Shown: positions 53,999 through 63,755, counted from the first letter of the stretch. The stretch is 64,000 bases of DNA from Candidatus Dormiibacterota bacterium (GCA_027306655.1 DAHUZL010000143.1:10645-74644), one strand, 5' to 3'. Notes: a model not told the origin generated them from the letters alone. A program made the numbers and translations.

Positions 53999-54749
53999 CG
54001 CCATCGGTGCCGCGGCGGAGCCGGGCGAACGCCTCGGCTCCTACCTCGCCCGCCGCGGCGTCGCGTCCCGTCGCGAGGCGGACCGGCTGGTCCGCGAGGG
54101 GTGGGTGCGGGTCAACGACCGGGCGCCGTCGGGCGCCGGCCAGCGGGTGCGCGCGGAGGCCGACCGGGTCACGGTCCGGGGACGGCCGGTGCCGGCGGCG
54201 CCACCGGCGCTCGTGACCTTGGCCCTGAACAAGCCGGTCGGCGTGGTCTCGACCGTGCGCGACCCCGAGGGACGTCCGACGGTCGTGGATTTCGCCCCCG
54301 GCGGGGTCCGGGTCTTCCCGGTCGGCCGCCTCGACCTGCGGTCGCGGGGGCTGGTCCTGCTCACCAATGACGGGCGGCTGGCGCTGCGCCTCACCCATCC
54401 CCGCTACCAGGTGGTCAAGCTCTACCGGGTCGCGGTCGCCGGCCACCCGCGCCCGGAGCAGCTGGAGCGGCTGGGGAGCGGGGTGGTCCTGGAGGACGGG
54501 CCGGCCCGGCCGCTTGCGGTGCGCCCCGCCGGGCGCTGGCGGCACGGCGCGCGGATCGAGCTCGGCCTCGCCGAGGGCCGGTCGCACGAGGTGCGCCGGC
54601 TGCTGGCGGCGGTCGGGCTGGCCGTCGTGGACCTCCAGCGGGTGGCGATCGGTCCGCTCCGCCTCGGCTCGCAGCCGGAGGCGTCGGTGCGGGAGCTGGG
54701 CCGGGGGGAGCATCGCCGCCTGCTCCGCGCGGCCGGTCTCGGGCCGTGA
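53988..54749 (+). CDS. rluB: RsuA/RluB-family pseudouridine synthase
   Basis: S4 domain (RLGSYLARRGVASRREADRLVREGWVRVND), catalytic GRLDLRSRGLVLLTNDG. Confidence 0.9.
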   Translation: MEASAIGAAAEPGERLGSYLARRGVASRREADRLVREGWVRVNDRAPSGAGQRVRAEADRVTVRGRPVPAAPPALVTLALNKPVGVVSTVRDPEGRPTVVDFAPGGVRVFPVGRLDLRSRGLVLLTNDGRLALRLTHPRYQVVKLYRVAVAGHPRPEQLERLGSGVVLEDGPARPLAVRPAGRWRHGARIELGLAEGRSHEVRRLLAAVGLAVVDLQRVAIGPLRLGSQPEASVRELGRGEHRRLLRAAGLGP

Positions 54750-55492
54750 CCAGGGGCCCGGTGGTGACCATCGACGGCCCGGCGGGGGCCGGCAAGACCA
54801 CCGTGGGGCGCGAGCTGGCGTACCGGCTCGGCCTGCCCCTCCTCGACACCGGGCTCTTCTACCGGGCGCTCACGGTCGCCGTCGGGAGGGCGGGTGTGGG
54901 GGTGGGCGACCGGGTCGGGGCGGAGGCGCTGGCCCGGTCGGTCCGGATCGCGGTCGCCACCGACCCCGATCCGTCTCCCCGGGGCCCGCTCGCCACCGTG
55001 GACGGGGAGGATGTCACGGCCGAGCTCTTCGACCCGGGTCGGGCCGAGCTGCTCGCCTGGCTCGCTCAGCTGCGAGGGGTGCGACGGGCGTTGCTGCCCC
55101 CGCAGCAGCGGCTGGCCCGCCGGGGGGCGGTGGTCCTCGGCCGCGACGCCGGCAGCGTCGTCGTCCCGGCCGCCCTGTGCAAGCTCTACCTGGACGCCAG
55201 CCCGGCCGTCCGCGAGGCCCGCCGGGCCGCCGAGCTGCGCGGGCGGGGACGGGCCGCCGGCGCGGAGACGCTGCGCCGGGAGGTGACCGAGCGCGATCGC
55301 CTCGACCGATCCCGCCGCGAGGCGCCGCTGCGGGTGCCCCGGGACGCCACCATGATCGTCACCGACCGGATGTCGGTGGCGGAGGTCGTGGACGCCGCCC
55401 TGGAGGCGTGCCGGCGCGCCGGCCTCGCGATCCGCTCCCACGCCCGCCCGGGGGCGGAGCCGGGCGCCCTGCCCCCGGGCGGCTACGCTTGA
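54746..55492 (+). CDS. cmk: Cytidylate kinase
   Basis: VVTIDGPAGAGKTTVGRELAYRLGLPLLDTGLFYRAL. GTGA overlap. Confidence 0.9.
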   Translation: MTRGPVVTIDGPAGAGKTTVGRELAYRLGLPLLDTGLFYRALTVAVGRAGVGVGDRVGAEALARSVRIAVATDPDPSPRGPLATVDGEDVTAELFDPGRAELLAWLAQLRGVRRALLPPQQRLARRGAVVLGRDAGSVVVPAALCKLYLDASPAVREARRAAELRGRGRAAGAETLRREVTERDRLDRSRREAPLRVPRDATMIVTDRMSVAEVVDAALEACRRAGLAIRSHARPGAEPGALPPGGYA

Positions 55493-55497
55493 CGGAC

Positions 55498-58275
55498 GTG
55501 GACCCCCCATCCGGCGGCGTGGCGCCCCGGTCGCCGGATTGGGTCGCCTTCGACCTCGAGACCACCGGTCTCAGCCCCCGCGGCGATCGGATCATCGAGA
55601 TCGGGGCCGTCCGCTTCACGCGCGAGGGGGTGGTCGACACGTTCGCCACCCTGGTCGACCCCGGGGTGCCCATCCCGCTCGCGATCCAGCGGCTCTGCGG
55701 GATCGACGACGGGATGGTCGGGGCGGCCCCGCCCGCGGAGGCGGCGGTGGGCCGGTTGGCGGAGTTCGCCGGGGGGGCGACCCTGGTCGCCCACAGCGCT
55801 GCCTTCGACCTCGGCTTCTGCGCCGCGGTGCGGCCCGACGACTTCGCCCGGCGCGGTTGCGTCGACACCCTGGAGCTGAGCCGCATCCTCATGCCCGCGG
55901 CCCCGAGCCACAGCCTCGGCGAGCTCGCCCGAGCGCTCGGGCTCGGGCACGATCGGCCCCACCGGGCGCCCTCCGACGCCGACGCCACCCGGCTGTTGCT
56001 GCTCCACCTCCTGGAGCGGGTGGCGGCCCTGCCCCCCGGGGTGCGGGAGCGGATCGCCGCCCGCTGTGCCGGCCGCGCCTGGGCCACCGGCGCGCTGCTG
56101 GCCGCCGCCGCCGGGGGGGAGGAGGCGGGGCCGTCCGCGCCGCCGGCCCCGCCCGCCCCGGAGACGGCCGCGGCGCCGGACACCCCGGACGGCGGCGGGC
56201 GTCTGGACCCGGTCCGGATCGCCGCCCTGCTCGGACCCGACGGACCGCTGGCCGGGGACGGGGACGGCTACGAGCTCCGCGAGGGCCAGCAGCAGATGGC
56301 GATGGCGGTGGCGCAGGCGTTCAACCGCGGCGGCACCCTCCTGGTCGAGGCCGGCACCGGGGTGGGCAAGTCGCTCGCCTACCTGGTGCCGGCCCGCGAG
56401 TGGGCGGCGCTCCGGGGCGAGCGGGTGGTGGTCGCCACCCACACCGTGCCCCTGCAGGAGCAGCTGGCGCACCGGGACCTGCCCGCTTTGGAGCGCTGGC
56501 GGCCGCTCGGGGTGCGCTCCGCCCTGCTCAAGGGGCGCGGGCACTACCTCAGCCTGCGCCGCCTCGACCGGTGGCTGGCGGCGACCGACGGGCCGGGGGA
56601 GGAGCGCGGCGACCTCGACCGGCTCCGCTTCCAGCTCCGCTGCCTGGTCTGGGTGGCGGAAACCCCCACCGGCGACCGCGCCGAGCTGCGCCTCGGCGGG
56701 CCCGAGGCCGCGCTCTGGGACGAGGTCGGCTCGACCGTGGACGACTGCCTCGGTCCCCGCTGCGACAACTGGCAGAGCCGTCGCTGCTTCATGGTGCGGG
56801 CGCGGGCCGGCGCCCGCGATGCCGAGGTGCTGGTGGTGAGCCACGCCCTGCTGCTCGCCGACCTCGACAGCGGCGGCGCCATCCTGCCCCCCTACCGCCA
56901 CCTGGTGGTGGACGAGGCCCACCGCCTGGAGGAGTCGGCCACCGCCGGGGCGGGCGTGCGCCTGGGGGCGGCCGATGTCCTGCGGGTGATCGACCGGCTG
57001 CCGGTGGGGGCGCCCGGCGGGGGGGAGGGGCCGGGCGACGATCTTGCCGACCGGTTGGGGGCGGCCCGCGGCCATGCCGTGCGGGCGTTCGGGGCCTGCA
57101 AGGGCCTCCTCACCGCGGTCGGTGGCGGGCCCGACGGCGGCCGCGGGCGGACCCTGGCCCTCACCGACCAGGTCCGGCGCGGACCGCTCTGGCCGGCGGC
57201 GGCGCGCGCGCTGGGGCAGATGGCCGAGACCGCCTGCGATGCCGCCGCGGCGCTGCGCGCCGCCGATCCGGCGGCGGTCGCCGACCCCGCCCGCTGGCCG
57301 CAGCCGGCCAACGCCGGCCGCGAGCTCCAGGTCGCCGCCGAGGCGCTGGAGGGGGTGACGGCCGCCACCCGGCGCGTGCTCGCCGCCGCCTCCGACGCCG
57401 GCGCCGCCGAGGTGGCGTGGCTGGAGCTGGAGGGCGGCGAGCAGGCGGTGCTCCGGCTCGCCCCGGTGGCGGTCGGGGAACGGCTCCGGGCGCAGGTCTT
57501 CGACCGCTGCGACACCGTGGTGCTGACCTCGGGGACGCTCACCGTGGGCGGCTCCTTCTCGTACCTGCGCAGCCGGCTCCAGCTCCTGGCGGCGGAGGAG
57601 CTGGTGCTCCCCTCCACCTACGACTACCTGCGCCAGGCGGTGCTCTGCCTGCCCCGGCCGATGCCGGCCCCCGAGGACCCCCGCCACACCGAGGTGCTGA
57701 CCGAGGTGGTGGCCGACGTCGCCGTCCGTCTCGGCGGACGGACCCTGGTCCTCTTCACCGCCTTCGCGGCGCTGCGGGCGGCCCACGCCGCGCTCCGTCC
57801 CCGCCTGGAGGCGGAGGGCCTGGTCCTGCTCGGGCAGGGGCTGGACGGGACCCGCCAGCAGCTGCTGCGGACCTTCCGGGCCAATCCCCGCACGGTGTTG
57901 CTCGGCTCGGCGACCTTCTGGGAGGGGGTGGACGTGCCCGGCGACGCGCTCCAGTGCGTGATCATCAACAAGCTGCCCTTCCCGGTTCCCTCCGACCCCC
58001 TCTACCAGGCTCGGGCCCGCGGCTGCCGGGACGCCTTCCGCGAGGAGGCGCTACCCCAGGCGGTGCTGCGGCTGCGCCAGGGGTTCGGCCGGCTGGTGCG
58101 GACCACCACCGACCGGGGGGCGGTCGTCCTCGCCGACCCGCGGGTGCTGACCCGCGACTACGGGGCGGAGCTGCTCGCGGCGCTGCCCCGGGCGGCGACC
58201 GCCATCCGCCGCCCGGAGGCGATCGGCCCCACGATCCAGGACTTCCTCGCCGGGCGCGCGCTGGGGCCGGAATGA
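55498..58275 (+). CDS. dinG: Bifunctional DnaQ-like 3'-5' exonuclease / DinG-family ATP-dependent helicase
   Basis: N-terminal exonuclease (WVAFDLETTGLSP...IEIGAV; HSAAFDLGF; PHRAPSDADATRLL), helicase core (LVEAGTGVGKSLAYLVPA; DEAH box VVDEAHRLEE; HD2 motifs TSGTL...TFWEGVDVPG; cysteine-containing insert CLGPRCDNWQSRRCF). Start could be TTG 55489, GTG 55498 or 55519. Confidence 0.8.
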   Translation: MDPPSGGVAPRSPDWVAFDLETTGLSPRGDRIIEIGAVRFTREGVVDTFATLVDPGVPIPLAIQRLCGIDDGMVGAAPPAEAAVGRLAEFAGGATLVAHSAAFDLGFCAAVRPDDFARRGCVDTLELSRILMPAAPSHSLGELARALGLGHDRPHRAPSDADATRLLLLHLLERVAALPPGVRERIAARCAGRAWATGALLAAAAGGEEAGPSAPPAPPAPETAAAPDTPDGGGRLDPVRIAALLGPDGPLAGDGDGYELREGQQQMAMAVAQAFNRGGTLLVEAGTGVGKSLAYLVPAREWAALRGERVVVATHTVPLQEQLAHRDLPALERWRPLGVRSALLKGRGHYLSLRRLDRWLAATDGPGEERGDLDRLRFQLRCLVWVAETPTGDRAELRLGGPEAALWDEVGSTVDDCLGPRCDNWQSRRCFMVRARAGARDAEVLVVSHALLLADLDSGGAILPPYRHLVVDEAHRLEESATAGAGVRLGAADVLRVIDRLPVGAPGGGEGPGDDLADRLGAARGHAVRAFGACKGLLTAVGGGPDGGRGRTLALTDQVRRGPLWPAAARALGQMAETACDAAAALRAADPAAVADPARWPQPANAGRELQVAAEALEGVTAATRRVLAAASDAGAAEVAWLELEGGEQAVLRLAPVAVGERLRAQVFDRCDTVVLTSGTLTVGGSFSYLRSRLQLLAAEELVLPSTYDYLRQAVLCLPRPMPAPEDPRHTEVLTEVVADVAVRLGGRTLVLFTAFAALRAAHAALRPRLEAEGLVLLGQGLDGTRQQLLRTFRANPRTVLLGSATFWEGVDVPGDALQCVIINKLPFPVPSDPLYQARARGCRDAFREEALPQAVLRLRQGFGRLVRTTTDRGAVVLADPRVLTRDYGAELLAALPRAATAIRRPEAIGPTIQDFLAGRALGPE

Positions 58276-59156
58276 CGGCAGGGTCCCTTGCCCTGACCTG
58301 CCTGCAGACGGCCCCGCGCCTCGGGGACGTGGGCGCCAGCGCGGCCGACCTCGCCGACGCGATCGCGGAGGCGCGGCGCGCGGGGGCCGACCTGGTGGTC
58401 ACCCCCGAGCTCAGCTGCTCCGGCTACTTCCTGCGGGACCTGGTCCCGGAGGTGGCGGTGGCCGAGGACGGCCCCGAGCTGCTCGGCCTGGCCCGCGCGG
58501 CCGGCGACCAGTGGGCCCTGGTGGGGGCGGTGGTGGAGAGCCCCGACCACCTCTTCCACAACGCCGCCGTGCTGGTCGGACGGGGGCGGGCGCGGGTGGT
58601 CCACCGCAAGGTCTACCTCCCCACCTACGGGCTCTTCGACGAGCGCCGCTACCTCGCCGCCGGCGACCGGTTCGAGGTGGTCGACCTGGCCGGACGGGAC
58701 GGCGAAACCTGGCGTCTGGGGCTCTGCATCTGCGAGGACCTCTGGCACCCCTCGGCCCCCTGGCTGCTCAGCCTGCAGAGGATGGACCTGCTGGTCTGCC
58801 CCGCGGCCAGCCCGGGACGGGGGATGGAGCCGGGGGACGGCGGGCTGGGGTCGGCGGCCTCGGTCCAGGCGATGACCCGGACCTACGCCGAGCTGCTCAC
58901 CTGCTTCCTCGTCTACTGCAACCGGGTCGGAGTCGAGGACGGGGTGAGCTTCTGGGGCGGCAGCCGGGTGCTGGGCCCGGACGGGGCGCTCCTGGCGGGG
59001 CCCCTCGCCGACGACCGGGGCCAGCTGACGGCCGCCCTCGAGCGGGGCCACCTGCGGCGCGCCCGGATCGCCTACCCGCTCCTGCGCGACGAGCGGCCGG
59101 GGGTCGTCCGCGCCACCCTGCGCCGGCTTCGCGGCGGTGCCGGGCCGCCGGGGTGA
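58272..59156 (+). CDS. Carbon-nitrogen hydrolase (Nit-like glutaminase partner of NadE)
   Basis: Nitrilase-superfamily catalytic triad context (VVTPELSCSGY...; HRKVYLP; LGLCICEDLW). ATGA overlap upstream and GTGA overlap with nadE downstream. Confidence 0.8.
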   Translation: MTAGSLALTCLQTAPRLGDVGASAADLADAIAEARRAGADLVVTPELSCSGYFLRDLVPEVAVAEDGPELLGLARAAGDQWALVGAVVESPDHLFHNAAVLVGRGRARVVHRKVYLPTYGLFDERRYLAAGDRFEVVDLAGRDGETWRLGLCICEDLWHPSAPWLLSLQRMDLLVCPAASPGRGMEPGDGGLGSAASVQAMTRTYAELLTCFLVYCNRVGVEDGVSFWGGSRVLGPDGALLAGPLADDRGQLTAALERGHLRRARIAYPLLRDERPGVVRATLRRLRGGAGPPG

Positions 59157-60001
59157 GCGGCGCAGCGGCGGCCGGCGGGCCGGATCCCCTCGCGATCGAC
59201 CCGGGGCGGGTGGAGCGGATCCTCTGCCGCTTCCTGGTGGAGGAGATGACCAAGGTCGGCTTCGACCGCGCCGTGGTGGGGCTCTCGGGCGGCGTCGACT
59301 CCGCCCTCGCCGCGTGGCTCTCTGCCCGGGCCCTCGGCCCGGAGCGGGTGCTGGCGGTCAGGATGCCGTACCGGGCCAGCGACCCGCGCAGCCTGGCCGA
59401 CGCCGACCTGGTGGTGGCGGCGACCGGGGTGGCAGCCCGCACCATCGACATCTCGCCCCAGATCGACTCCTACTTCGACCAGGTTCCCACCGACGACCGC
59501 CGCCGCCGGGGCAACAAGATGGCCCGCGAGCGGATGGCGGTGCTCTACGACCTGTCCCTGGTCGAGGGGGCGCTGGTCGTCGGCACCTCGAACAAGACCG
59601 AGCTCCTGCTCGGGTATGGCACGGTGTTCGGGGACATGGCGCACGCCCTCAACCCGCTCGGGGACCTCTACAAGACCCAGCTCTACCAGCTCGCCCGCCA
59701 CGCCGGCCTGCCCGAGCCGATCCTCGCCAAGGCCCCGAGCGCCGACCTCTGGAGCGGGCAGTCGGACGAGGAGGACCTCGGCTTCACCTACGCGGTGGCC
59801 GATCGGCTCCTCTACCAGCTGGTCGACGAGCGCCGGACCCACGAGGAGTGTGTCGACCTCGGCTTCCCGCCGGAGCTGGTGGCCCTGGTCCGGGAGCGGG
59901 TCCGCCGGAACCAGTTCAAGCGCCGCCTGCCGATCATCGCCAAGCTCTCCCGGCGCACCATCGACCGGGACTTCCGCTATCCCCGTGACTGGGGACGGTG
60001 A
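59153..60001 (+). CDS. nadE: NH3-dependent NAD+ synthetase (single-domain NadE)
   Basis: PP-loop VVGLSGGVDSAL, GTSNKTELLLGYGTVFGDMAHALNPLGDLYKTQ: NadE signatures. No fused N-terminal CN-hydrolase domain. Confidence 0.9.
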   Translation: MSGAAAAGGPDPLAIDPGRVERILCRFLVEEMTKVGFDRAVVGLSGGVDSALAAWLSARALGPERVLAVRMPYRASDPRSLADADLVVAATGVAARTIDISPQIDSYFDQVPTDDRRRRGNKMARERMAVLYDLSLVEGALVVGTSNKTELLLGYGTVFGDMAHALNPLGDLYKTQLYQLARHAGLPEPILAKAPSADLWSGQSDEEDLGFTYAVADRLLYQLVDERRTHEECVDLGFPPELVALVRERVRRNQFKRRLPIIAKLSRRTIDRDFRYPRDWGR

Positions 60002-60704
60002 GCCCGGGCCGTTGGCCGGGGCCGGCACCCTCCACGTCGTCGGGACCCCGATCGGCAACCTCGGGGACGTCAGCCCCCGGGCGGCCGCGACCCTGGCCGC
60101 CGTCGGGCTGGTGGTGGCCGAGGACACCCGCCGGACCCGGCCGCTGCTCACCCACCTCGGCATCCACGTCCCCTGCTGGGGCCTGCCCGCGCCCCAGGAG
60201 GAGCGCCGCCTCCCCCGGGTGCTGGAGCGCCTCCAGCGCACCGACGTGGCGCTGGTGAGCGACGCCGGGATGCCCACGGTCAGCGACCCGGGGCGGCGGC
60301 TGGTGGCCGCGGCGCGGGCGGCCGGACATCAGGTGGTGGTGGTGCCGGGGCCGTGCGCCGCGGTGACCGCGCTCGCCGGCAGCGGGCTGCCCGCCGATCG
60401 ATTCGGCTTCCTCGGCTTCCTGCCCCGAAGCCCGGGGCGCCTCCGGCGGGCGGTCGCGGAGGCGGGGTCGGGGACCTTGGTCTTCTACGAATCCGCGCTG
60501 CGCCTGCCGCGCACGCTCGCCCTGCTCGCCCCCCAGCTGGACCGGCGTACGGTGGTGGTGGCCCGGGAGCTGACCAAGCGCCACGAGAGCTGGGAGACGG
60601 GCACCGCGGCCGAGCTGCTGCTGGCGTTCGCGGCCCGGCCCCCGCGGGGGGAGTGCACCGTGGTGGTCGGGCCCACCCCCGCCGCCGGGGCCGAGCTCCC
60701 GTGA
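59985..60704 (+). CDS. rsmI: 16S rRNA (cytidine1402-2'-O)-methyltransferase RsmI
   Basis: GTLHVVGTPIGNLGDVS...VAEDTRRT...VSDAGMPTVSDPG...VPGPCAAVTALAGSGLP...ESALR: tetrapyrrole-methylase-fold RsmI motifs. Start GTG 59985 (17-nt overlap with nadE) or TTG 60012. Confidence 0.85.
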   Translation: MTGDGEPGPLAGAGTLHVVGTPIGNLGDVSPRAAATLAAVGLVVAEDTRRTRPLLTHLGIHVPCWGLPAPQEERRLPRVLERLQRTDVALVSDAGMPTVSDPGRRLVAAARAAGHQVVVVPGPCAAVTALAGSGLPADRFGFLGFLPRSPGRLRRAVAEAGSGTLVFYESALRLPRTLALLAPQLDRRTVVVARELTKRHESWETGTAAELLLAFAARPPRGECTVVVGPTPAAGAELP

Positions 60705-61498
60705 CCGAGCCGATCACCCTGGTGGACGCCCACTGCCACCTCACCACCCTGGCGGAGGGCGGCCAGGACCTCGTCCCGGTCCTGGCCCGCGCCCACGCCG
60801 CGGGCGTCCACCAGGTGGTGACGAGCGCCGACGGAGTGGAGGAGGGGCGGCGGGCAGTGGCGCTGGCGGAGCGATTCACCGAGGTCTACGTCACCGTCGG
60901 CTGGCACCCCAGCCGGCCCCGCCCCCCCGACGACCTCGAGACGTCGGCGCTGACGGACCTCCTCCGCCACCCCAAGGTGGTCGGGGTGGGGGAGATCGGC
61001 CTCGATCACCTCGCGCGCCCCGGGATCCCGGTGACCCCGGCCTCGGTCCAGCTGGAGCAGTTCCGCCTGCTCCTGGACCTGGCCCGCGACGCCCGGCTGG
61101 GGGTGGTGGTCCACGACCGCCTCGCCCACGACGAGATCCTCACCGAGCTGGGCCGCCGCCGGGACCAGGCGGCCCTGCTGCACTGCTTCAGCGGCGACGC
61201 CGGCCTGGCCCGGCGGGCGGCCGGGCTGGGGCTGATCTGCTCGTTTGCCGGGATCGTGACCTTCCGGAATGCGCCGGGGCTGCGGCAGGCGGCGCAGGCG
61301 GTCCCCGCCGGCCACCTGGTGGTGGAGACGGACGCCCCCTTCCTCAGCCCCGAGCCCTACCGCGGGCGTCCCAACGAGCCGGCCCGGGTGGCCGTCACCG
61401 CGGCCCGGATCGCCGCGCTGCGGGGGGAGTGCTCGGCCACCGTCGCCACCGCGGCGACGGCCACCGCCCGCACCTTCTACCACCTGCCCGAGCCGTGA
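60701..61498 (+). CDS. tatD: TatD-family metal-dependent hydrolase
   Basis: LVDAHCHL...GEIGLD...VVHDR...HCFSG...VETDAPF: TatD metal-binding motifs. GTGA overlap. Confidence 0.9.
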   Translation: MTEPITLVDAHCHLTTLAEGGQDLVPVLARAHAAGVHQVVTSADGVEEGRRAVALAERFTEVYVTVGWHPSRPRPPDDLETSALTDLLRHPKVVGVGEIGLDHLARPGIPVTPASVQLEQFRLLLDLARDARLGVVVHDRLAHDEILTELGRRRDQAALLHCFSGDAGLARRAAGLGLICSFAGIVTFRNAPGLRQAAQAVPAGHLVVETDAPFLSPEPYRGRPNEPARVAVTAARIAALRGECSATVATAATATARTFYHLPEP

Positions 61499-62385
61499 CC
61501 GGGGCCGGCCCGAGGCGGCGGTCGTCACTCGACCTCACCCGTCCCCAGACCGTGCGGGCGGTCGCGCGCCGCTTCGGGGTGCGGGCCCAGGCCGCCCTCG
61601 GCCAGCACTTCCTGGTCGACCCCGCCGCCCGTGACCGGATCGTGGCCGCGGTGGGGGCGGGCCCCGGGACCGTGGTCCTGGAGGTCGGCCCGGGGCTCGG
61701 GACCCTCACCCAGGCTCTCCTCGGCGCCGGGGCCGCCGTGGTCGCGGTCGAGATCGACCCCGCCTGCGTCGCCGCGCTCCGCCTCACGCTCCACCGCCGT
61801 CCGGGCGTACGGGTGGTCCTGGCCGACATCCTGCGCTGCGACCCCGCCGGCCTCGGCCTGGGTCCGGCGTACCGGGTCTGCGGCAGCCTGCCCTACTCGC
61901 TGACGGGCGTCCTCCTTCCCCGGCTGCTCGCCGCCGATCCCCCCCCCGAGCGGATCGCGGTCGTGGTCCAGCGCGAGGTGGCACGCCGGCTGGCGGCGCC
62001 GGCCGGGCGCTGGTCGCTGGCGACCCTGGCGGTGCGGCTGCTCGGGACGGTGCGCTGGGAGGGCGACCTGCCGCCGGAGGCGTTCTGGCCGCGGCCGGAC
62101 GTCCACAGCAGCCTGGTGGTGCTGGAGCCGCGGCCGGCGGCGCCGGCAGCCGAGCGCGCCCGCGCGCTCGGCCTGGCCCGGCTCGCCTTCCAGGGGCGTC
62201 GCAAGCAGCTCGCGGTCGGCCTCGCCCCCGCCCTCGCACTGACCCCCGGGGCCGTCCGCGCCTGGCTCGCCGGCCTCGGGATCGAGCCCACCCGGCGCCC
62301 CGGGACGCTGACTCTGGAGGAGTGGCTCCGGCTCGGAGGGGGGACGCCGCCGGGGCACCGGGAGAGCGGCGACCCTTTGCTATAG
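61495..62385 (+). CDS. rsmA: 16S rRNA (adenine1518/1519-N6)-dimethyltransferase RsmA/KsgA
   Basis: LGQHFLVD, VLEVGPGLGTLT, VVAVEID, C-terminal helical domain. Possible later start GTG 61552. Confidence 0.85.
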   Translation: MTGAGPRRRSSLDLTRPQTVRAVARRFGVRAQAALGQHFLVDPAARDRIVAAVGAGPGTVVLEVGPGLGTLTQALLGAGAAVVAVEIDPACVAALRLTLHRRPGVRVVLADILRCDPAGLGLGPAYRVCGSLPYSLTGVLLPRLLAADPPPERIAVVVQREVARRLAAPAGRWSLATLAVRLLGTVRWEGDLPPEAFWPRPDVHSSLVVLEPRPAAPAAERARALGLARLAFQGRRKQLAVGLAPALALTPGAVRAWLAGLGIEPTRRPGTLTLEEWLRLGGGTPPGHRESGDPLL

Positions 62386-62386
62386 T
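62381..62386 (+). promoter_or_regulatory. Putative -10 hexamer (TATAGT) 7 nt upstream of the MFS ATG; likely leaderless
   Basis: cTATAGTcgccgccATG with no SD. Hexamer overlaps the rsmA stop codon TAG. Confidence 0.4.
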
Positions 62387-62393
62387 CGCCGCC

Positions 62394-63755
62394 ATGGCGT
62401 CTCCGGCGCCCGACCCCGGCGTCGCGGCCGGCCTCGGGACGGGCGATATCGCCGGGCTCCGCCAGGTCCTCCAGAACCGCAATTTCCGCCGCCTCTGGCT
62501 CGCCCAGGTGGCGGCCCAGCTGGGCGATAAGTTCTTCGCCTTCTCGCTGCTGCTCTCGATCTACGCCCTCACCGGGCAGTACATCAGCGACGCGGTGCTC
62601 CTGCTCGCCTACACCATCCCCTCGGTTTTGCTCTCGGTCCCCGCCGGCCTCACCGCCGATCGCCGCGACAAGCGGCGCCTGATGATCGGGGCCAACGCCA
62701 GCCGGGCGGTGCTGGTGCTGCTGGTGGCGGTGCTGGAGCTGACCGGGGTGGCGCAGCACCAGGCCGCGCCGCTGTACCTGATCACCCTGGTCTTCGCCGG
62801 GGCGGGCCAGTTCTTCGCCCCCGCCGAGGCGGCCAGCATCCCGGTGCTGGTGCGCCGGGAGGAGCTGCTGGCGGCGACGTCCCTGTTCACGATGACGGTG
62901 ATCGTCACCATCGTGGTGGCGGTGCCGGCGGCGTCGCTGGCGCAGCGGCTGCTGGGCCTGGAGGGCCCCTACTACCTCGGCTGCGCCCTCTTTGTGGCGT
63001 CGACGGCCTGGATCTGGGCGATCCGGAGCCGGCTGGAGGGCGGCCCCCAGCTGGCCAGCGCGATCGACCGCCAGGGGCGCTCGCTCCGGCACGACCTCCG
63101 CAGCGCCTACGCCACGGTCCGCGACGACCGCCTGCTGCGCTTCGCCTTCGCGGTGCTGACGGCGGCGCTGGTGGTGGTCTTCACGATCTTCGCGCTCTCC
63201 GCCGGGTACATGGTCCACGTGCTCGGCCAGCCCGCCGCCAACAGCTACATCCTGCTGGTGCCGGCGACCGCCGGGATGGTGCTGATGGGCACCGTGGTGG
63301 GACGCTCCGGCGCCGCGGTGCATCGCACCCGGACGGTGGCGCGGGGCCTGCTCGCCACCGGGGGCGCCATGCTGGTCCTGGGCGTCCTGCCGCAGGCGCT
63401 CGCCCACGTCCACGTGGTCGGCGCCCTCATCCCGATCGCCGTCGGGCTGGCGGTGGTGTTCGGCCTCGGGCTGGGGGCGGTGCTGATCCCGGCGGTCACC
63501 CTGATCCAGGAGCAGACCGACGAGGCGACCCGGGGCACGGTCTTCGGCGGCGCCTTCGTCGCCATCAACCTCGCGATCGCGGTGCCGCTCTTGGTGGCGG
63601 GCCTGATCGCGGACGCCGTCGGGGCCAGCGTCGTGATCGCCGCCCTCGGGCTCCTGCTCATCGCCAGCGCGGTGATGGCGAACCGTCACCAGGCCCCGGC
63701 CGTCAGGCCGCGGCCGGGACGGGACACCGGTAACGGGGGTGTACCGGAGCCTTGA
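62394..63755 (+). CDS. MFS transporter
   Basis: 12 predicted TM helices, MFS loop 2-3 motif GLTADRRDKRRLMIG. 453 aa. Confidence 0.85.
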   Translation: MASPAPDPGVAAGLGTGDIAGLRQVLQNRNFRRLWLAQVAAQLGDKFFAFSLLLSIYALTGQYISDAVLLLAYTIPSVLLSVPAGLTADRRDKRRLMIGANASRAVLVLLVAVLELTGVAQHQAAPLYLITLVFAGAGQFFAPAEAASIPVLVRREELLAATSLFTMTVIVTIVVAVPAASLAQRLLGLEGPYYLGCALFVASTAWIWAIRSRLEGGPQLASAIDRQGRSLRHDLRSAYATVRDDRLLRFAFAVLTAALVVVFTIFALSAGYMVHVLGQPAANSYILLVPATAGMVLMGTVVGRSGAAVHRTRTVARGLLATGGAMLVLGVLPQALAHVHVVGALIPIAVGLAVVFGLGLGAVLIPAVTLIQEQTDEATRGTVFGGAFVAINLAIAVPLLVAGLIADAVGASVVIAALGLLLIASAVMANRHQAPAVRPRPGRDTGNGGVPEP

